Shown here: positions 1 to 13,674 of the stretch, piece after piece
Layout of the letters: each line of letters opens with the position of its first letter
Numbering within the stretch: the first letter of the stretch is position 1
DNA from: the human T2T-CHM13v2.0 reference genome, Homo sapiens
Length of the DNA: 64,000 bases
Direction of reading: 5' to 3'
Assembly: GCA_009914755.4 (NCBI GenBank)
Contig: CP086569.2
Span: 4,576,001-4,640,000, forward strand
Notes under the pieces: generated by a model
Seen by the model: the letters and a program-made list of their open reading frames with translations, nothing else
Databases searched by the model: none
Told to the model about the DNA's origin: nothing
Translations under genes and position numbers: made by a program

Positions 1-177
1 TGTTCCCCTCTTCGTGTCTGTATGTTCTCATTGTTTACCCCCTAGTTATAAGTGAGAACATGTGGTATTTGGTTTTCTGTAGCTGCATTAAAATAATAGT
101 TTGCTTAAAATAATGGCCACCAGCTCTATCCATGTTGCTGCAAAGGACATGATCTCATTCCTTTCAACGTCTGCATA

Positions 178-322
178 ATATTTCATTTATATATATATAT
201 ATATATGCATGTATATATATACGTGTATATATATATACACGTATATATATGTGTATATATATACGTGTATATATACATGTATATATATGTGTATATATAT
301 ACGTGTATATATATATATACAT
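178..322. repeat. Complex TA/TG/CG-containing microsatellite, (TATATACGTG/TATATGTG)n-like
   Basis: Directly visible run of gtatatatatacgt-type units expanding from the L1 motif tatatgtg. Confidence 0.85.
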
Positions 323-639
323 TTTCTTTAGTCTTCCATTGATAGGCATTAAGTCAATTCCATGTCTTTGCTATTATAAACAGGGCTGCAATGAACATAT
401 GCGTGCATGTGTCATTAAGGTAGGATGATTTATATTCCTTTGGGTATATAGCCAATAATGGGATTGCCAGGTCAAGTGGTAATTCTGTTTTAAGTTCTTT
501 GAAAAATCGCCACTTTGCTTTCCACAGTGGCTGAAGTAGTTTACACTCCCAGCAGCAGTGTATAAGCGTTCGCTTTTCAGTGCAACCTCGGCAGCATCTT
601 GCTTGCACCTTGCCTGGGGCCTACTTGAGGATGGAGTAT

Positions 640-805
640 GGGAGGAGAGAGAGAATCAGAAAAAATACTTATCTGGTCCTATGCTTATTACCTGGGGGAC
701 AAAATGGTCTGTCCACCGCACCCCAGTGGCGCATAGTTTACGTATGTAACAAACCCCCACACACACCCCTGAACCTAAAATAAACGTTAAAAAATAAAAC
801 TTTCT
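640..805 (+). mobile_element. L1 3'UTR fragment (older L1PB/L1MA type) with an A-rich tail, nested inside the antisense L1
   Basis: tacctgggggacaaaatggtctg...catagtttacgtatgtaacaaacccccacacacacccctgaacctaaaataaacgttaaaaaataaaac resembles old L1 3' ends. Boundaries are fuzzy. Confidence 0.4.
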
Positions 806-840
806 GGACATATTGACATCTTTCTAGTAATTATAATTTG

Positions 841-935
841 GGGCCTAGGTGTGGTAGCCCACACCTGTAGTCCCAGAACATTCACTGGCCAAGGTGGGAG
901 GTTCACTTGAGGTCAGTTCTCTTTGACCTCCTAGT
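841..935 (+). mobile_element. Alu left-monomer fragment (~95 bp)
   Basis: ggcctaggtgtggtagcccacacctgtagtcccagaacattcactggccaaggtgggaggttcacttgaggtcag matches the Alu 5' arm. Confidence 0.7.
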
Positions 936-1299
936 AATAGCCATTCTGCCTGGTGTGAGATGGTATCTCATTGTGGTTTTGATTTGCATTTCTCTAATCA
1001 TTAGTGATGTTAAGCATTTTTTTTTTCATATGCTTTTTGGCCAGTATGTCATCTTTTGAAAACTGTCTGTTCTTGTCCTTTGCCCAGTTTTTAATGGGGC
1101 TGTTTGTTTTTTGCTTGTACATTTGTTTATAGAATGTTTTATTAAAAGGTCACTTTTATTTCTTGTATTTTATATTCTAGCTTGCTATTTTTTTTTGTCT
1201 TTTGGGGACTTGTATGCATACAGTAGTAACTCCATGGCATTCTTTTTTAAGCCTAAGCTTTAGTGGATACTGAATAATGCTTAGGAAGGAATGAAAACT

Positions 1300-2230
1300 A
1301 GGATAAAGAAAGAAAAGACTGAAGAAAGACTTTTTTTAAAGTTTCCAATGGAATATGGCAATGGAGATGTCCAGTTGCAAGCTGAACATGCTTGGTTTGG
1401 AATTCTGTAGTGAGGTTATGACTATAGATAGAAACTTTGGAGTTACAGGCATAAAACTACAGATATGAACATGCCTGATATTATCCAGAAAGAGCCTATG
1501 GAGTCTAAAAAGCAGGTGGTGAGGATAGCTTCCTGAATATCATGAACATTTTAGGATTATTCACACTGAAGAACCTGTAAAGGGAGTAAGAGGAAATAGC
1601 CATAATGATAGAGGAAAACAAGGAGAAAGGAGTATCATAGAAATTGAGAAAGGACAATCTCATGAAGACAGTGGGCCACAGTGCAAAATATCAAAGAGAG
1701 ATGAAGTAAGATAGGGAAAGCAAAGTGACTGGAGCCTTTGGAAATACTGATCGCATTGATAAATTGGGAAGACAGGGTCTTCTATTTCAAGGGAATGGAA
1801 GGGGTTGTTGAGAAGCCAGATGATTGTAATTTGGGGACAATGGGCAGTAAATAAGCAGAGGCAGTAAATAACTACAGACTACTATTATGATGACTCTTAG
1901 CTATAAAGAAAATGGCATGATGACTAGAGAGACTTATGTTATTGACAAAGAATATAGAGATGATATCGGATGGAACAAGTTTCTTAGGAGACAGAAGAAA
2001 CAGAAGGGGAGAAATTTGTCATGTGGAGAAGAAGGGAGCCCTCTTCCATTGAGTTATGAGTGAGGAAGTAAAAGATATGTGGACATGAAGATACACAGTA
2101 CGGGAAAAGTAAGGAAGTTGTACTAATTTCTCGACTTACGGCTTCCATTTTCTCAGTGAAGTGAGAGGCTAAGTCTGCTAACACCAAAAGAGAAAGTGGA
2201 ATGTTAGGAGATTTGAGGTTAAAAAAAATA
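1300..2230. repeat. Purine-rich segment resembling an ancient interspersed repeat; I cannot name the family
   Basis: The 3' part (ggcttccattttctcagtgaagtgagaggctaagtc...aggagatttgaggtt) matches a repeat consensus I recall but cannot assign. This is a weak call. Confidence 0.25.
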
Positions 2231-5104
2231 TAAGTCTGGAGTGGACATTGAAGAGCAACGTAAAGGAATCTGAGATCTTCTCTGTCTTCATGGTGACTAA
2301 AAATTATTGGACAATAATTAACACCCTACCACAATGTGGAAACTATAAATTTATTGTAATTTCATATAATGATTGTGCAACACTCTTTCAATATCCAGAT
2401 CAAATGGTTCTTCCACAGTGAAAATTCCTGTGATCCAAAAAAGCACTGTTTAGCCGTCCTTATTTATGGCACCACTATACCTATGATATATCTCTATAAT
2501 TGCACTTAGAATAATATATAATGAATATAAATTATTTGTGCTACATGCTGCCATCCATCCATATACTGAGCTTCTTAAAGGCATGTCTGTATTTTGGGAT
2601 ATCTCAACAAATGTTTGTTGAATGAATAAATAAGTAACCAATAATCCTCTTGAGATAGTGCATGTCCAAATGTGTATCTACAATGTTATTACTAATATAT
2701 CTTTCTCAAAATACCTTCCCAGAAACTGCTCCAACCCAGGTATCCTGACTATATAGCTTAGCTTTGTCAGAATGTGCTCAGTGCAATCAGAAGGAGAGTG
2801 AAATTTTGGTAGACAGCAAAGTAGATTAGTCTCAGATGTTCAAATTTCTGGTTTGGAAACTCAGAAAAGAACCATGTATTATAAACATGAGATTGTACTA
2901 CAAAGATAATTCTCTACATTATTTTTAAATGAAAACCTCTTTTTTCACATTTTATTTTAAGAAAATTAATTTTCTATTATACATCTTACTGGTCAATCTA
3001 TTAAAACCCATAACCAAAAACAATAAACGATTACTTTTAAAAGAGACTTATCCTTGAATTTTTTTTTTTTAGAAAACATCACATTGTGATAGTTTCTCAA
3101 ACAATCAATGAGCAAAGATAGTTCTTTCAGCCTCAAGGAAATGGACAGCAGCTCAATCTGTGTGATCTCACTCATTAGGCTGAATGTTAGCTGCCTTTGG
3201 AAAAAATATGCCAGGTTTGAATGATGTGGGGTATAATAAAGTTTTATCATGAAAATAATTTTAACCCAAATTAGGTCATTTATATATTTTAATAGCAGTT
3301 TAAATTTACTCATTCACATTGTGCAGATTATGGTCGCTCTTCTCTCACAATTATTTTGCAACCTTGTTTAGCATATGTGACTGATAGTGGGTAAATTGAT
3401 TTTTCAAGGATAAGTTAGTAGGATCTTTCCGTAAAAATCCAGGTGATGATGGAAAAATTATTTTTAAAAAAGCACACAGATATTGTCCATGTTGACAGTT
3501 ACATCTATTATTTTATGCTAACAGATTCTTTAGCAGCCTAGTGATTAAAAAACTTGGTTTTTGTTAAAAGTAGTTTCAAATTAATTATTTACTGTACTTA
3601 CCAGTCCCTTTCAGCTGATGATATACTTCTAAATTAATATTTCACATAAATTCTGCACTGAAATTTATAAGAATAAGTCATTCATCCTGTATCAGATCTC
3701 ATGGGTGTCTATTATTTTTAGGACACCTCTTACCTTATTATCTACCCACCTTTCATTATATGCATACTTTCTGGAAGTTCCACTTAGAATATGAATAATC
3801 TTCCATTTTCAAACATATAACAGAGAATATTGTTAGGGCTGTCTTATATGACAGGAAAGGAAAAACTTACATACTTTGACATTTAGCTTCCTGTAATATT
3901 GTACCCTATTAAAGAGCATTGAAATGCTATTTATGTTCTGAGTTTCAGCTATACTTTTGCTTATGAAGTTATCTTTCCCCAAACATTCCAGTTTGTTCTT
4001 CAATGGAAAAATGCAAAAAATGTGTTTGAAGATATGCATCATGTTACCTATTGGGAGGGTAAAAGAAAGCTTCAGTCAGAAACAAAAGAGGGTGGCTTAC
4101 GGAAAGGTTTTTTCCCTAAAATTATTGCATGTAATTAACTGTGAGCAAGCTTGAAGATTCATACATTACTAGTAGAACAAACAGGTTTTCCTTATTTTAC
4201 CATCCATCATTCATTCATTCATGTAACAGGTATTTGTGAGCACCTACTGTGTGTCTGGCAATGTTACTGGCACTGCAGAAATATCAGTAAACAAATAGGC
4301 AAAAACCTTTGCCCTCATGGATCTTACATACTTGGGGAAGATGGAATGTAAACAAAATAAATAAGTAAATTATGAAGCATATTAGAAGGTAATAAGCATT
4401 AAGAAACAAAAATAAGCAGACAAGAGGAGGTGAGGAAACATAATTTTATATAGTATCATCAGGGAAAAATTCACTGAGATGGTGCCATTTGAACAAAGAT
4501 CAGGAAACAATGAAGTGAAAAATATGGTTATCTTGGGGAAGATAATTTCAAACAGAAGGAAAGGAGATGCAACAGCTCTAAGCTTGCCTCTTTCCAACAG
4601 CAAAGAGGACTATATTGATGAAGTGGAGTGAGCAAAAATGTTGGAGAAGCTGCAGTCAAAGGAGTAAGGGGTTCAGTTGTATAGAAGCTTGATTTGGCCC
4701 TTACCTTTACTGAGATGGAAGTCATTGGAGAATTCTTAGCAGAAGAACAACATGATCTGACATAGCACAAAGGATAAAAGTAAGATTTAGCAAATCTTAC
4801 TAGCTAAGGAAGATTTCTCTTTGTTTGCCAGCTTCAGTGGGATCTCTACTTCTTTTCAGTAAAATTGGAATCTCTGTTAACACCTCTGTTGGGATTACCA
4901 CTATTTTTTTCTCCCACTGCTTCTTTGTGATTATATATTATACTGTAGATTAGCAGGGTAGACAAATTAACTACAAATGCCTAAGAACACACTGCTAAAA
5001 TCATTAATTCACACTTTGAAATGATAAGCAAAATGAACATTATAATGTTCATTACTGTGTGGTCACATGCTTTTACAGAATGCAGCTATGTATAGAATAG
5101 AATT

Positions 5105-7725
5105 CAGTTTTTCTTCAAACTTTTGACTCTCCAGAAATGGAACATAAACAGTCAATTAACACAGTCAAAAAAGAGTAGATTTTATATATTAATTACATGC
5201 ATTATACACTGTATTCTTACAATAAAGTAAGCTGGAGAAAAAAGGTTAGTAAGGGAATCATAAGGAAGAGAAAATGTATTTACTATTCATTAAGCAGAAG
5301 TGGATCATCATAAAGGTCTGCAACATAAATGTCTGCATACTCACCTTGAGTAGGCTGACGAGGAGGAAGAACAAGAAGGGCTGGTCCTGCTGTCTCAGGA
5401 GGGGCAGAGGCGGAAAGGTGGAAGAGGCAGAAGGGGAGGCAGGCACACTCTGTGTACATTTACAGAAATATGTCATAATTTCTTTCTGAATTTTTCACTT
5501 TTTCATTTATCTAGGAGTTTTTCTATACAGTACCGATTCTTCTTCCATTATTTGCTTTAGTTTCACTGGCCATATCATAGAAAGGGCAATGTCATAAAAG
5601 AAGTCAAATGCAATCTTGAATCATTGGAACCTTTCTGCCAGATTGCCTTATGTCAATTTCTTTTCTGGCCCTGTTTCTATGTCTTCTTCTTCATTGTCTG
5701 GCACTGGTTTGGAAGCACTAATCTCCATCAAGTCATTTTCTTTTAATTTGTCTGGTGTGGGGTCTATGAGCTCTAGAGTTTCTCCAAGCCCCATATCTTC
5801 GAAGCCTAAACCCCCCTAAACACATTTTTTTAACATATTCACAATATCTTTCATGATTTCCTTGGTTAGCTCTGTTGTAAGTCCTGTAAAGTAATGCACA
5901 ACATCTGAAAACAGTTTTCTCCAGCAGAAATTTATTGTTTTGGGCTTGATGGCTTTCATGTTTCTTTCTATAACAATAATGGCATCTTCAATGGTGTAAT
6001 TCTTCCAGGCTCGCATGATGTTCTCTGTATCCAGGTTCTCTTTCATAGTGTTCACAATCCTTTCCATAGAGAATCACGTGTAATTAGCCTTAAAGGTCCC
6101 TATGAGCCCTGATCTAGAGGCTGAGCTTGACATATTGCATCTGGGGGAAGGAGACCACTTCAACACCTTTGGTGTTGAATTCACGGGGTTTCAAGTATTC
6201 TGGGACATTGTCCAATATCAAAAGAACTTTAAAAAGCCGTGTCTTACTGTAGAATACTTCCTGAGTTCAGAGACAAAGCATGGAAGGAATCAATTCAAAA
6301 ACAGGGTTCTCATTGTCCAGGCCTTCCTACTGTACAACCCAAAAGACTGGCAGCTGGTGCTTATATTTTCTCTTTAAGGCTTAGAGGTTAGCAGCTTTAT
6401 AGATAAAGGCAGTCCTGATCATAAACCCGACTGCATTTGCACAAAACAGTAGAGTTAGTCTATCCATTCCTGCCTTACATCCTGGTGCTTGATTCTCCTC
6501 TTTAGTAATAAATATCTTTGGTGGCATTTTTTTCAAGAACAGGGCACTTTTCTGCATTATAAATCTGTTCAGTTAGTTATCTCTTCTCCTCACTGTTTTT
6601 TTTAATGGCATCTAGGAATCTGTCTGTTGCTTCTTGATTGGCAGAAGCTGCGTCTTCTGTTATTGTTACATATTTTCATCCATACTTCTTTCTAAATTTA
6701 TCAAACCTTCCTTCGCTGGCATTAAATACTTCAGCTTCCGATTCTTCATCTTCCTTTTGCTTTAAATTGTCATATAATGACTTTGCTTTTTCTCAATTTA
6801 TATTAAATTGTGTAGGTCTGCCTTTTTTAGTAACAATTCTGCACCCACATAAAAGCTGCAGTTTCAGTGCAAGAGAAAAAGATATTTCACAAAATGTGAA
6901 AGGTTTTCACATATGCTGGGATACCAGTAACAATGGCTTCATGTGTTTCTTTTTCTTTTTTTACAGTGCTTCTTATGCTGGATCCATTTACCTTTAAATG
7001 GCAGGCAACCGCAGCTGCAGACCTCAATCTACGGTACATATCAAGCAAATCAACTTTTTCTTGTAATGTAATAACTTTTCTCTGCTTCTTGGTAGCACTT
7101 CCAGCATCATCAGTGGCACATCATATGAATCCCATGTTGTTACTAAAACACGGTGTTACACTAAACATGATGAAAATATGCAAGAACCATGAGAAATCCC
7201 TTTTTACTGTGACGCACAATTTACTAAGGAGACAAGCTGCTCATGTGGAGATGATCAACAGCACAGGGCATTTTAAGTGAATGCTGACAACACGAGCTCA
7301 CTGCGACAGCAACAGAAGGTGGCTATGAAATTGTAGTAGTGCACTACATACTACAGTTAATTTTATGGAGTTGTGATTTAATAACATATCTTTGTGTTTG
7401 TCTACTTTCAACTGCAAATGACACTATGTAAGGTCTGTAAGTGGTTGTATGAATAAGTTTTGATGTATTTTAACTTTTTATAACAGATTTGTGTGTATTT
7501 TATGGTGATAAATAATAAAATAGTCAAGTATCTAGGTATTTTATGCATTTACAACATACATAACTTTTTGTTATTTTTTTTCTATATGTCTAAGATATGT
7601 GGCTTGTCTGTGAGTTTTTTCAAATTGTTGCAAATCTCCAAAATATATTCCAACATATTTATTGAAAAAATCTGTATGTAAGTGGATCCGCACAGGTCAA
7701 AACCATATTGTTCAAAGGTCAACTG
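5105..7725 (-). mobile_element. Tigger2-like pogo/Tc1-mariner DNA transposon, near full length (~2.6 kb), with a degraded 5' end and a clean 3' TIR plus TA
   Basis: The 5' region (tatacactgtattcttacaataaagtaagctggagaaaa...cataaggaagagaaaatgtatttactattcattaag) and the 3' end (gtggatccgcacaggtcaaaaccatattgttcaaaggtcaactg followed by TA at 7726-7727) match the Tigger2 termini as I remember them. Transposase-like ORF remnants lie on the minus strand. Confidence 0.7.
5816..6067 (-). pseudogene. Remnant of the Tigger2 transposase C-terminal region
   Basis: The 83-aa ORF MERIVNTMKENLDTENIMRAWKNYTIEDAIIVIERNMKAIKPKTINFCWRKLFSDVVHYFTGLTTELTKEIMKD resembles the post-DDE region of pogo/Tigger transposases. 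Upstream, minus-strand 6100-6200 reads LLILDNVPEYLKP.EFNTKGVEVV.FPP, a DDE-like motif with an in-frame stop. Confidence 0.6.
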
Positions 7726-8424
7726 TATATCAGGGTTGATTTTACAAAAGTTAAGAAAGAAGAGAAAGATCTAGTAAAATAATTAAAAGAAGAAAAAGGA
7801 AGAGATCTGTGTTACAGACCAACGAAGTCCTAAATAGAAACATTTTAAGGGTTATTTTCCTGAGACATCACTTTTGCTATTCTAGCCTCTGGTGAACAAA
7901 ATCCAGTGTGCCAAAACACTCGTGTTAAAGTAGATTACTCTATCATACATTTATTAGTTACTTTAATTTAAATCTTAAATAAAAGAGATATACATGCCGC
8001 TAATTAATTGATGGTGCAGATATCTCAAGACTCAATATAGAAGTCTGAACAATTATATTTGGCAATTAGTGCCAGGTAGACAGACATGGATAGGTAAACA
8101 GTTAAGTCTACCAAGTTAGCAGCTCCTTTCAACTTCCTTGCTCTTTCTAATGAAGTCACTTTCTTTAGCAATTTTGCTCACTACTCTTCTCAGGTTTCAA
8201 TATGCATGGCTAAAAATTTACTATCAAAACTTCTTCATTGTACTACTAGGTTTCTGGTTTTTTTGAATTTTTAAGAGTAATTTTAAGAGTGTTCCCTTAA
8301 AATGAATCAATAATCATATAACACCAGAAAATCTGACAAGCTATGAGGAAGATTCTGTAGAAGATCCTTAACTATGCATCCAAATTCACATACAACCCAG
8401 TACATTGTGGTGGTGATGGGTATG

Positions 8425-8545
8425 ATCTTAAGCTTTGAAGTCAGACAGATGTGGATTTGAATCCAGGCTCCAACAGTTACTTTGTGACCCTGGACATTTA
8501 ACCTCTATTTTACACAACCATAAAACAGGGATGGCAATATATAGG
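8425..8545 (+). mobile_element. MIR SINE fragment
   Basis: gaatccaggctccaacagttactttgtgaccctggacatttaacctct resembles the MIR core (ggttcgaatcccggctctgccacttactagctgtgtgaccttgggcaagttacttaacctct). Confidence 0.45.
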
Positions 8546-8933
8546 GCCTATATATATTTTTGCAATTCGTATTAAGGGAAATGTATATAAAGTCTCAGGC
8601 AGGAAGAGTTAGTAATTATTATTAATGTTACGATTATTTCACCAGAAGATTAAATTCCACCAGCTTGTAATAGCATATATTGTCTTCTATTCAGGGCCCA
8701 CTTAAAGTGCTTTGCGATCTTGAAGAGTTTCAAATAGTACCTGGAACATTATATGTGCCTAAGTGCTAGTTAAGTGTCTGTTAAATAAATTAATTAAATA
8801 AGCTTCTTTTTAAAGAAAGGGTTTGGAGATTAAGGAGAATACCTAAACCAGTCTTTCTCTTCTATTATCACTGTAAAATACTTACCTAGTATTGTCAATG
8901 GGCTATGAAAAGGGGTCTGGCTCTTATCGCCTA

Positions 8934-9229
8934 TTTTTTCTTTTTTCTTTTTTTTTTTTTTTTTTTTTTTTTGAGACAGAGTTTGCTCTTGTTGCCCAGC
9001 CTGGAGTGCAATGGCACGATCTCGGCTTGCCACAACCTCTGCCTCCTGAGTTCAAGTGATTCTTCTGCCTCAGCCTCCTGAGTAGCTGGGATTACAGGCA
9101 TGCAACACCACGCCTGGCTTATTTCATAATTATAGTAGAGATGGGGTTTCTCCATGTTGGTCAGGCTGCTTTTGAACTCCTGACCTCAGGTGATCCACCC
9201 GCCTTGGCCTCCCAAAGTGCTGGGATTAC
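8934..9229 (-). mobile_element. Alu (AluS-like) lacking its extreme 5' end
   Basis: A poly-T run at 8934-8972 is followed by the reverse complement of the Alu body (gagacagagtttgctcttgttgcccag...cccaaagtgctgggattac). Confidence 0.9.
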
Positions 9230-9269
9230 TTGCCTCAAACCTTTGGCCTGGGCTTCTTGATTATATACT

Positions 9270-9646
9270 TGATATGGTTTGGCTGTGTCCCCACCAAAAT
9301 CTCATTCTGAATTGCAGTTGCCATAATCCCCACATGTCATAGGAGGGACCACATGGAGATAATTGAGTCGTGGGATCAGTTTGCCCATCCTGTTCTCATG
9401 GTAGTGAGTGAGTTTTCACAAGATCTGATGGTTTTATAAGGGGCTCACCCCTTTGCTGGACACTCATTTCTCTCTCCTGCCACCATGTGAAGAAGGATGT
9501 GTTTGCTTCCCTTTCCAGCATAATTGTAAGTTTCCTGAGGCCTCCCCAGCCTTGTGGAACGGTGAGTCAATTAAATCTCTTTCCTTTATAAATTACCCAG
9601 TCTCAGGCAGTTCTTTATAGCAGTGTGAGAACAGACTAATAAAATA
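9270..9646 (+). mobile_element. MaLR solo LTR (MST/THE1 family)
   Basis: tgatatggtttggctgtgtccccaccaaaatctcat...gtcataggaggg...ccttgtggaacggtgagtcaattaaatctctttcctttataaattacccagtctcaggcag...gactaat matches the THE1/MST LTR consensus end to end. Confidence 0.8.
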
Positions 9647-12085
9647 CTACCACTGTGAAAACGCTCAGAGATGTTGCCATTTTAGAAACAAGAGTATAGA
9701 AGGCTAGAACAAGTTAAGAAACTGAGCTATTTGCAAACAAGGAATATGTTGTTTTCTTTTTTTATGCTTAAGACTGAGGCATTTCTTGATGAATGAATCA
9801 ACACATCAGTGAATGAATACATGAATAAATAAAACAGAAAAGGGGCTTAATTTTGAGTAGATGAGAGTATCTTCAGAAAGTTTATGGATAACGGGACATT
9901 CCTTAAATTCTTATATGATGTACCATTCAAGAAGCTTCATTCTATTGCAGACCTTTCTGTTTTTAGCATATAGAATATAGTGCTAATATAACACTTACTT
10001 CTAAATCAAGAATGATCTTATTTAAAATGTCTATGATTTAATTAGGAAATATGCTAATGATGATTTCAAGGAATCTGCTACATCATCCCTTCATATTCAC
10101 ACTACTAAAGAGATATATAGTTTGTATTTGATCAGTAATACTAGGATACATTATAGAGTCTGTAGAGCTTCTTGCTGTATGGTGAAATTCTCAAAGTGTG
10201 AAGGTATATCTTATTTTTATTTACATCCTCAGTGCTGAAGAGTTTCCCTAACATATAGTTGTTCTTCAACAATATTTATTGGATAAAAAAAGAATATTAA
10301 GATTCAATAAGCTCTGGATAGCAAGGCAAAATTGCCTTAAGAATATCCAATACACTACAAACTGTAAAGTTGTTTTTCTTTTAAAATGCACTACATAAAT
10401 ATGTCATTCAAACATTTAAAAATATATAATTAAACACATTAACATATTGGCTTGTCATGTTACAAGATTATAATAGGTAATATGTATTTTTTAAATTCCC
10501 CTCTGTAAATATTGTTCCTTAAGACTGCTCCCACTCAAGGAAACATGCATCCTGAGAATAGTACTTTTTTTTGGTCAATCATCTTTTTCTCTGCTTTAAG
10601 ATAAAGCCAGTAAATATTTTCCTGTTTTCTACAAGGAATAAGAATGAAAGATTCTATATTTAGGTAATTTCCCCTATCTCCAATTGATCTTTATAATTCA
10701 CATTTTACAAGTGCACCCCTCTTTTCATCAACATTTTGAAACATTTGAAACAGTTCTTTTTCCTTCCACCTAGAAATTAGTGGAGTACACAATCCTATTT
10801 TCTGATTCATAATATTATGACTTTCTTTGAAAAAGTCACCATTTTTTCTGAGTCAGCATTTCAAACAGGTGTACCCTTTTTTCTTTTTAAATAGTATTTG
10901 TCTTTTTAGTGCAAATTGTTTTAAATAGGGTTTTTTCTAATATTATAGTTCTTTCCTACTAGATAGAACCAGAAGTTATATCCCCACATCCTAAGGATGG
11001 GTTACTAATTTCAAATGCTTTGCTAAACAGAAAATTTTCACATTTAAGTTCCATGCTACCTGGTGGAAATGACAAGAAAGGTTATATTTTGAGCCTAATA
11101 TTCAAATCAGTAACTCGGCTTTTCACATATCTCTTGCTAATGATGCTGTTTATTTTATTAGACGAATTATATAATGCCATAAAACAGGGGACCTTCTCCA
11201 GGTATTTTCTCCTATGGGAGACTAGCTGATAAAGTATGGTATAACCATAACATTGTGGTTTCTTCCAAGATAAGGGTTTCCACAGTGTTTTTCACATAAA
11301 GAGTCCTAGAGCTAAGTTTCACTTAATAAAATAAGAGGCAACTTAAAATGATGGTTAAAAAAAAGATACTCATTACAACATGATGTAGTGATGTAGTGGT
11401 GGAAAATAAATAGAATGCAAAGAAATGAAAAATAGAAACTTATATATAAGCTTCTTAAAGTGTTGGGACTTAGGCAATACCATACTTGGGCTCAGATACC
11501 TGTTGATTGATTAACTGGGTAATGGTGTGTTCTCCTGGACTTTGTAAAAACATTGTAAATATTGACATATATTTGAAAATACATTATAAGCTATATTAAA
11601 TTTTAGAATATGTAAGGGGCAGCAGTAGTATCTGAAGTCAATATCTTTCACTATTTTTTTTTTTTTCTGAAGGTTCATCCTATAGTTAATGCTTTGGTAA
11701 GTAAAGAGGATACAGTACTGGGTCCTGCAACCTAGCTCTGAGTTCTCAGCTAAGGTAAGTAGTTAGTGCTTCATGTAATCAGTGGTATAGAATAACTTCA
11801 CTCCAGTTACTTATTAGGGAGGATCGTCTTAAACTCTGCCTCTCAATATTATAGATATATATATGAGAAATGTATCCATTATTTAAGTGGCATTTTCTGA
11901 AGAATATGCTGCTCATCATTCCTCAAGTGCAGTCATTTCTGCTAAAATATTTTTTGAAAACATGAATTTGTTCCAACACGATTGATATATTAGGGAACAA
12001 TTTGAATATAAAGAGGATTTTGCATTGTATTAAGCTCTGAAAATCTCTCGGTAAACACAGAAAACTGCACCCAGCATAATAATAT

Positions 12086-12088
<3 letters not shown>

Positions 12089-12125
<37 letters not shown>
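12089..12125. repeat. (CA)n microsatellite, about 18 units
   Basis: Directly visible. Confidence 0.95.
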
Positions 12126-12128
<3 letters not shown>

Positions 12129-13312
12129 CAATTCACTGGAAACCTCACTTTATTATGTATGTTATCCTACAAGTTTATGTCTTGCCATTGTTTTGTATTT
12201 GAGGATATTTTTATACTAAATAAAAAGTAAACATCCAAAATGTATAAATATTTTGGTTCAAAAATACCAAGTAGTGCATAAAAAGAAAAAATTTAAGTAC
12301 TGAGGAAAAGCTTGAATAATGAAGTGCTTCACATTGAGAGAACATGATGTTTCCCAAGCAACAGACAGAAATCCACTCTGTGACCCCTTAGAGATAATAA
12401 GCAAGAAAAAACAAATGTATATGACTCTGTGATATAATAAAAATCTATTTGGTCTTTGTTTTTGGTTCCTGGAACAGGGCTCCTATAATCTGTGAAATTT
12501 CCTGGGAAACTGGAGTGTCATTTTAAAACACCTAAGTTTATGCTAATGAATTGATTTAGTGTGGGGCTCCTAGGTAGCCTCAGGATGGGGCAGGTCACCA
12601 GAAGGACCAAGTAATTTGAGGGGTGGAAATTCTACCCTAACCATTGGCCTCTGAGGAGGTGAGCAGGAGACTGGTGATTTGACCCGATGAATCTTCTTGA
12701 ACCATGTGATTCAGGGAGCTTCTTCTGGGTGGGTGAACACTTCATGGTGCTGTGAGGGTGGCATGCCTGAACAGGGCATGGTAGTTGCACAGCATCCCCT
12801 CCTCAATACCTTGCCCTGTGCATCTCTTCTATTTCACTGTTTCTGAGTTTTATCCTTTAAAATAAAATAGTAAACATAAGTAGTGTTTTTCTGACTTCTG
12901 TGAGTTGTTCTAGCAAATTGTCCAACCTGAGAAGGATGTCATAGGAACCCCTGAATTATAGCCAGTCAGTCAAAAGTACAGGTGGCCCCCAGGGGTTGCA
13001 GCTGGCATCTGAAATGAAAGCAGTTTGAGGAACCAAGCCCTTTAATCTGTGGGATATGATGCCAAATTCAGGTAGATAATATCAAAATTAAATTTGAGTT
13101 GTTGGGCATCCAGTTGGTGTGAGAGACTCAGAGAATTGGTTGTTGGTGTACAAAAACTTTACACAGGCAGGAACCACTTGAAGTACTGCTGCAAAGTCAG
13201 TAACAACAAGGCCACAATAAATTAAGGAAATGAAAAGATTGTTGAGCATATAAATTCTAGTCTCAACAGTGAAAAATATTGGGAACAATTGTCTCATAAA
13301 AATAAAAGACTA

Positions 13313-13674
<362 letters not shown>

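Larger units (their letters stand above)
1..1130 (-). mobile_element. Old L1 (L1PB/L1MA-like) ORF2 3' region on the antisense strand, fragmented by nested insertions
   Basis: Bases 1-185, 323-603 and 936-1130 read as the reverse complement of the L1 ORF2 C-terminus (gtgagaacatgtggtatttggttttctgt, ccattctgcctggtgtgagatggtatctcattgtggttttgatttgcatttctct). The element is interrupted by a TA/TG microsatellite at 178-322 and a ~330-bp insert at 604-935. Confidence 0.6.

Noticed and set aside
6638-7280. Plus-strand ORFs of 119 and 115 aa inside the Tigger2-like element
   Set aside because: They lie on the strand opposite the transposase remnants, are low-complexity and Ser/Phe/Leu-rich, and have no recognisable domain. 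They are spurious.
11640-11760. Two GTAAGT donor-like sites after a T-run (ctgaag|GTTCATCC...CTTTG|gtaagt) as a mini-exon
   Set aside because: The open segment is only 24 nt and the T-run looks like a simple homopolymer. GTAAGT occurs frequently by chance in AT-rich DNA. This is weaker than the 43006-43068 candidate.
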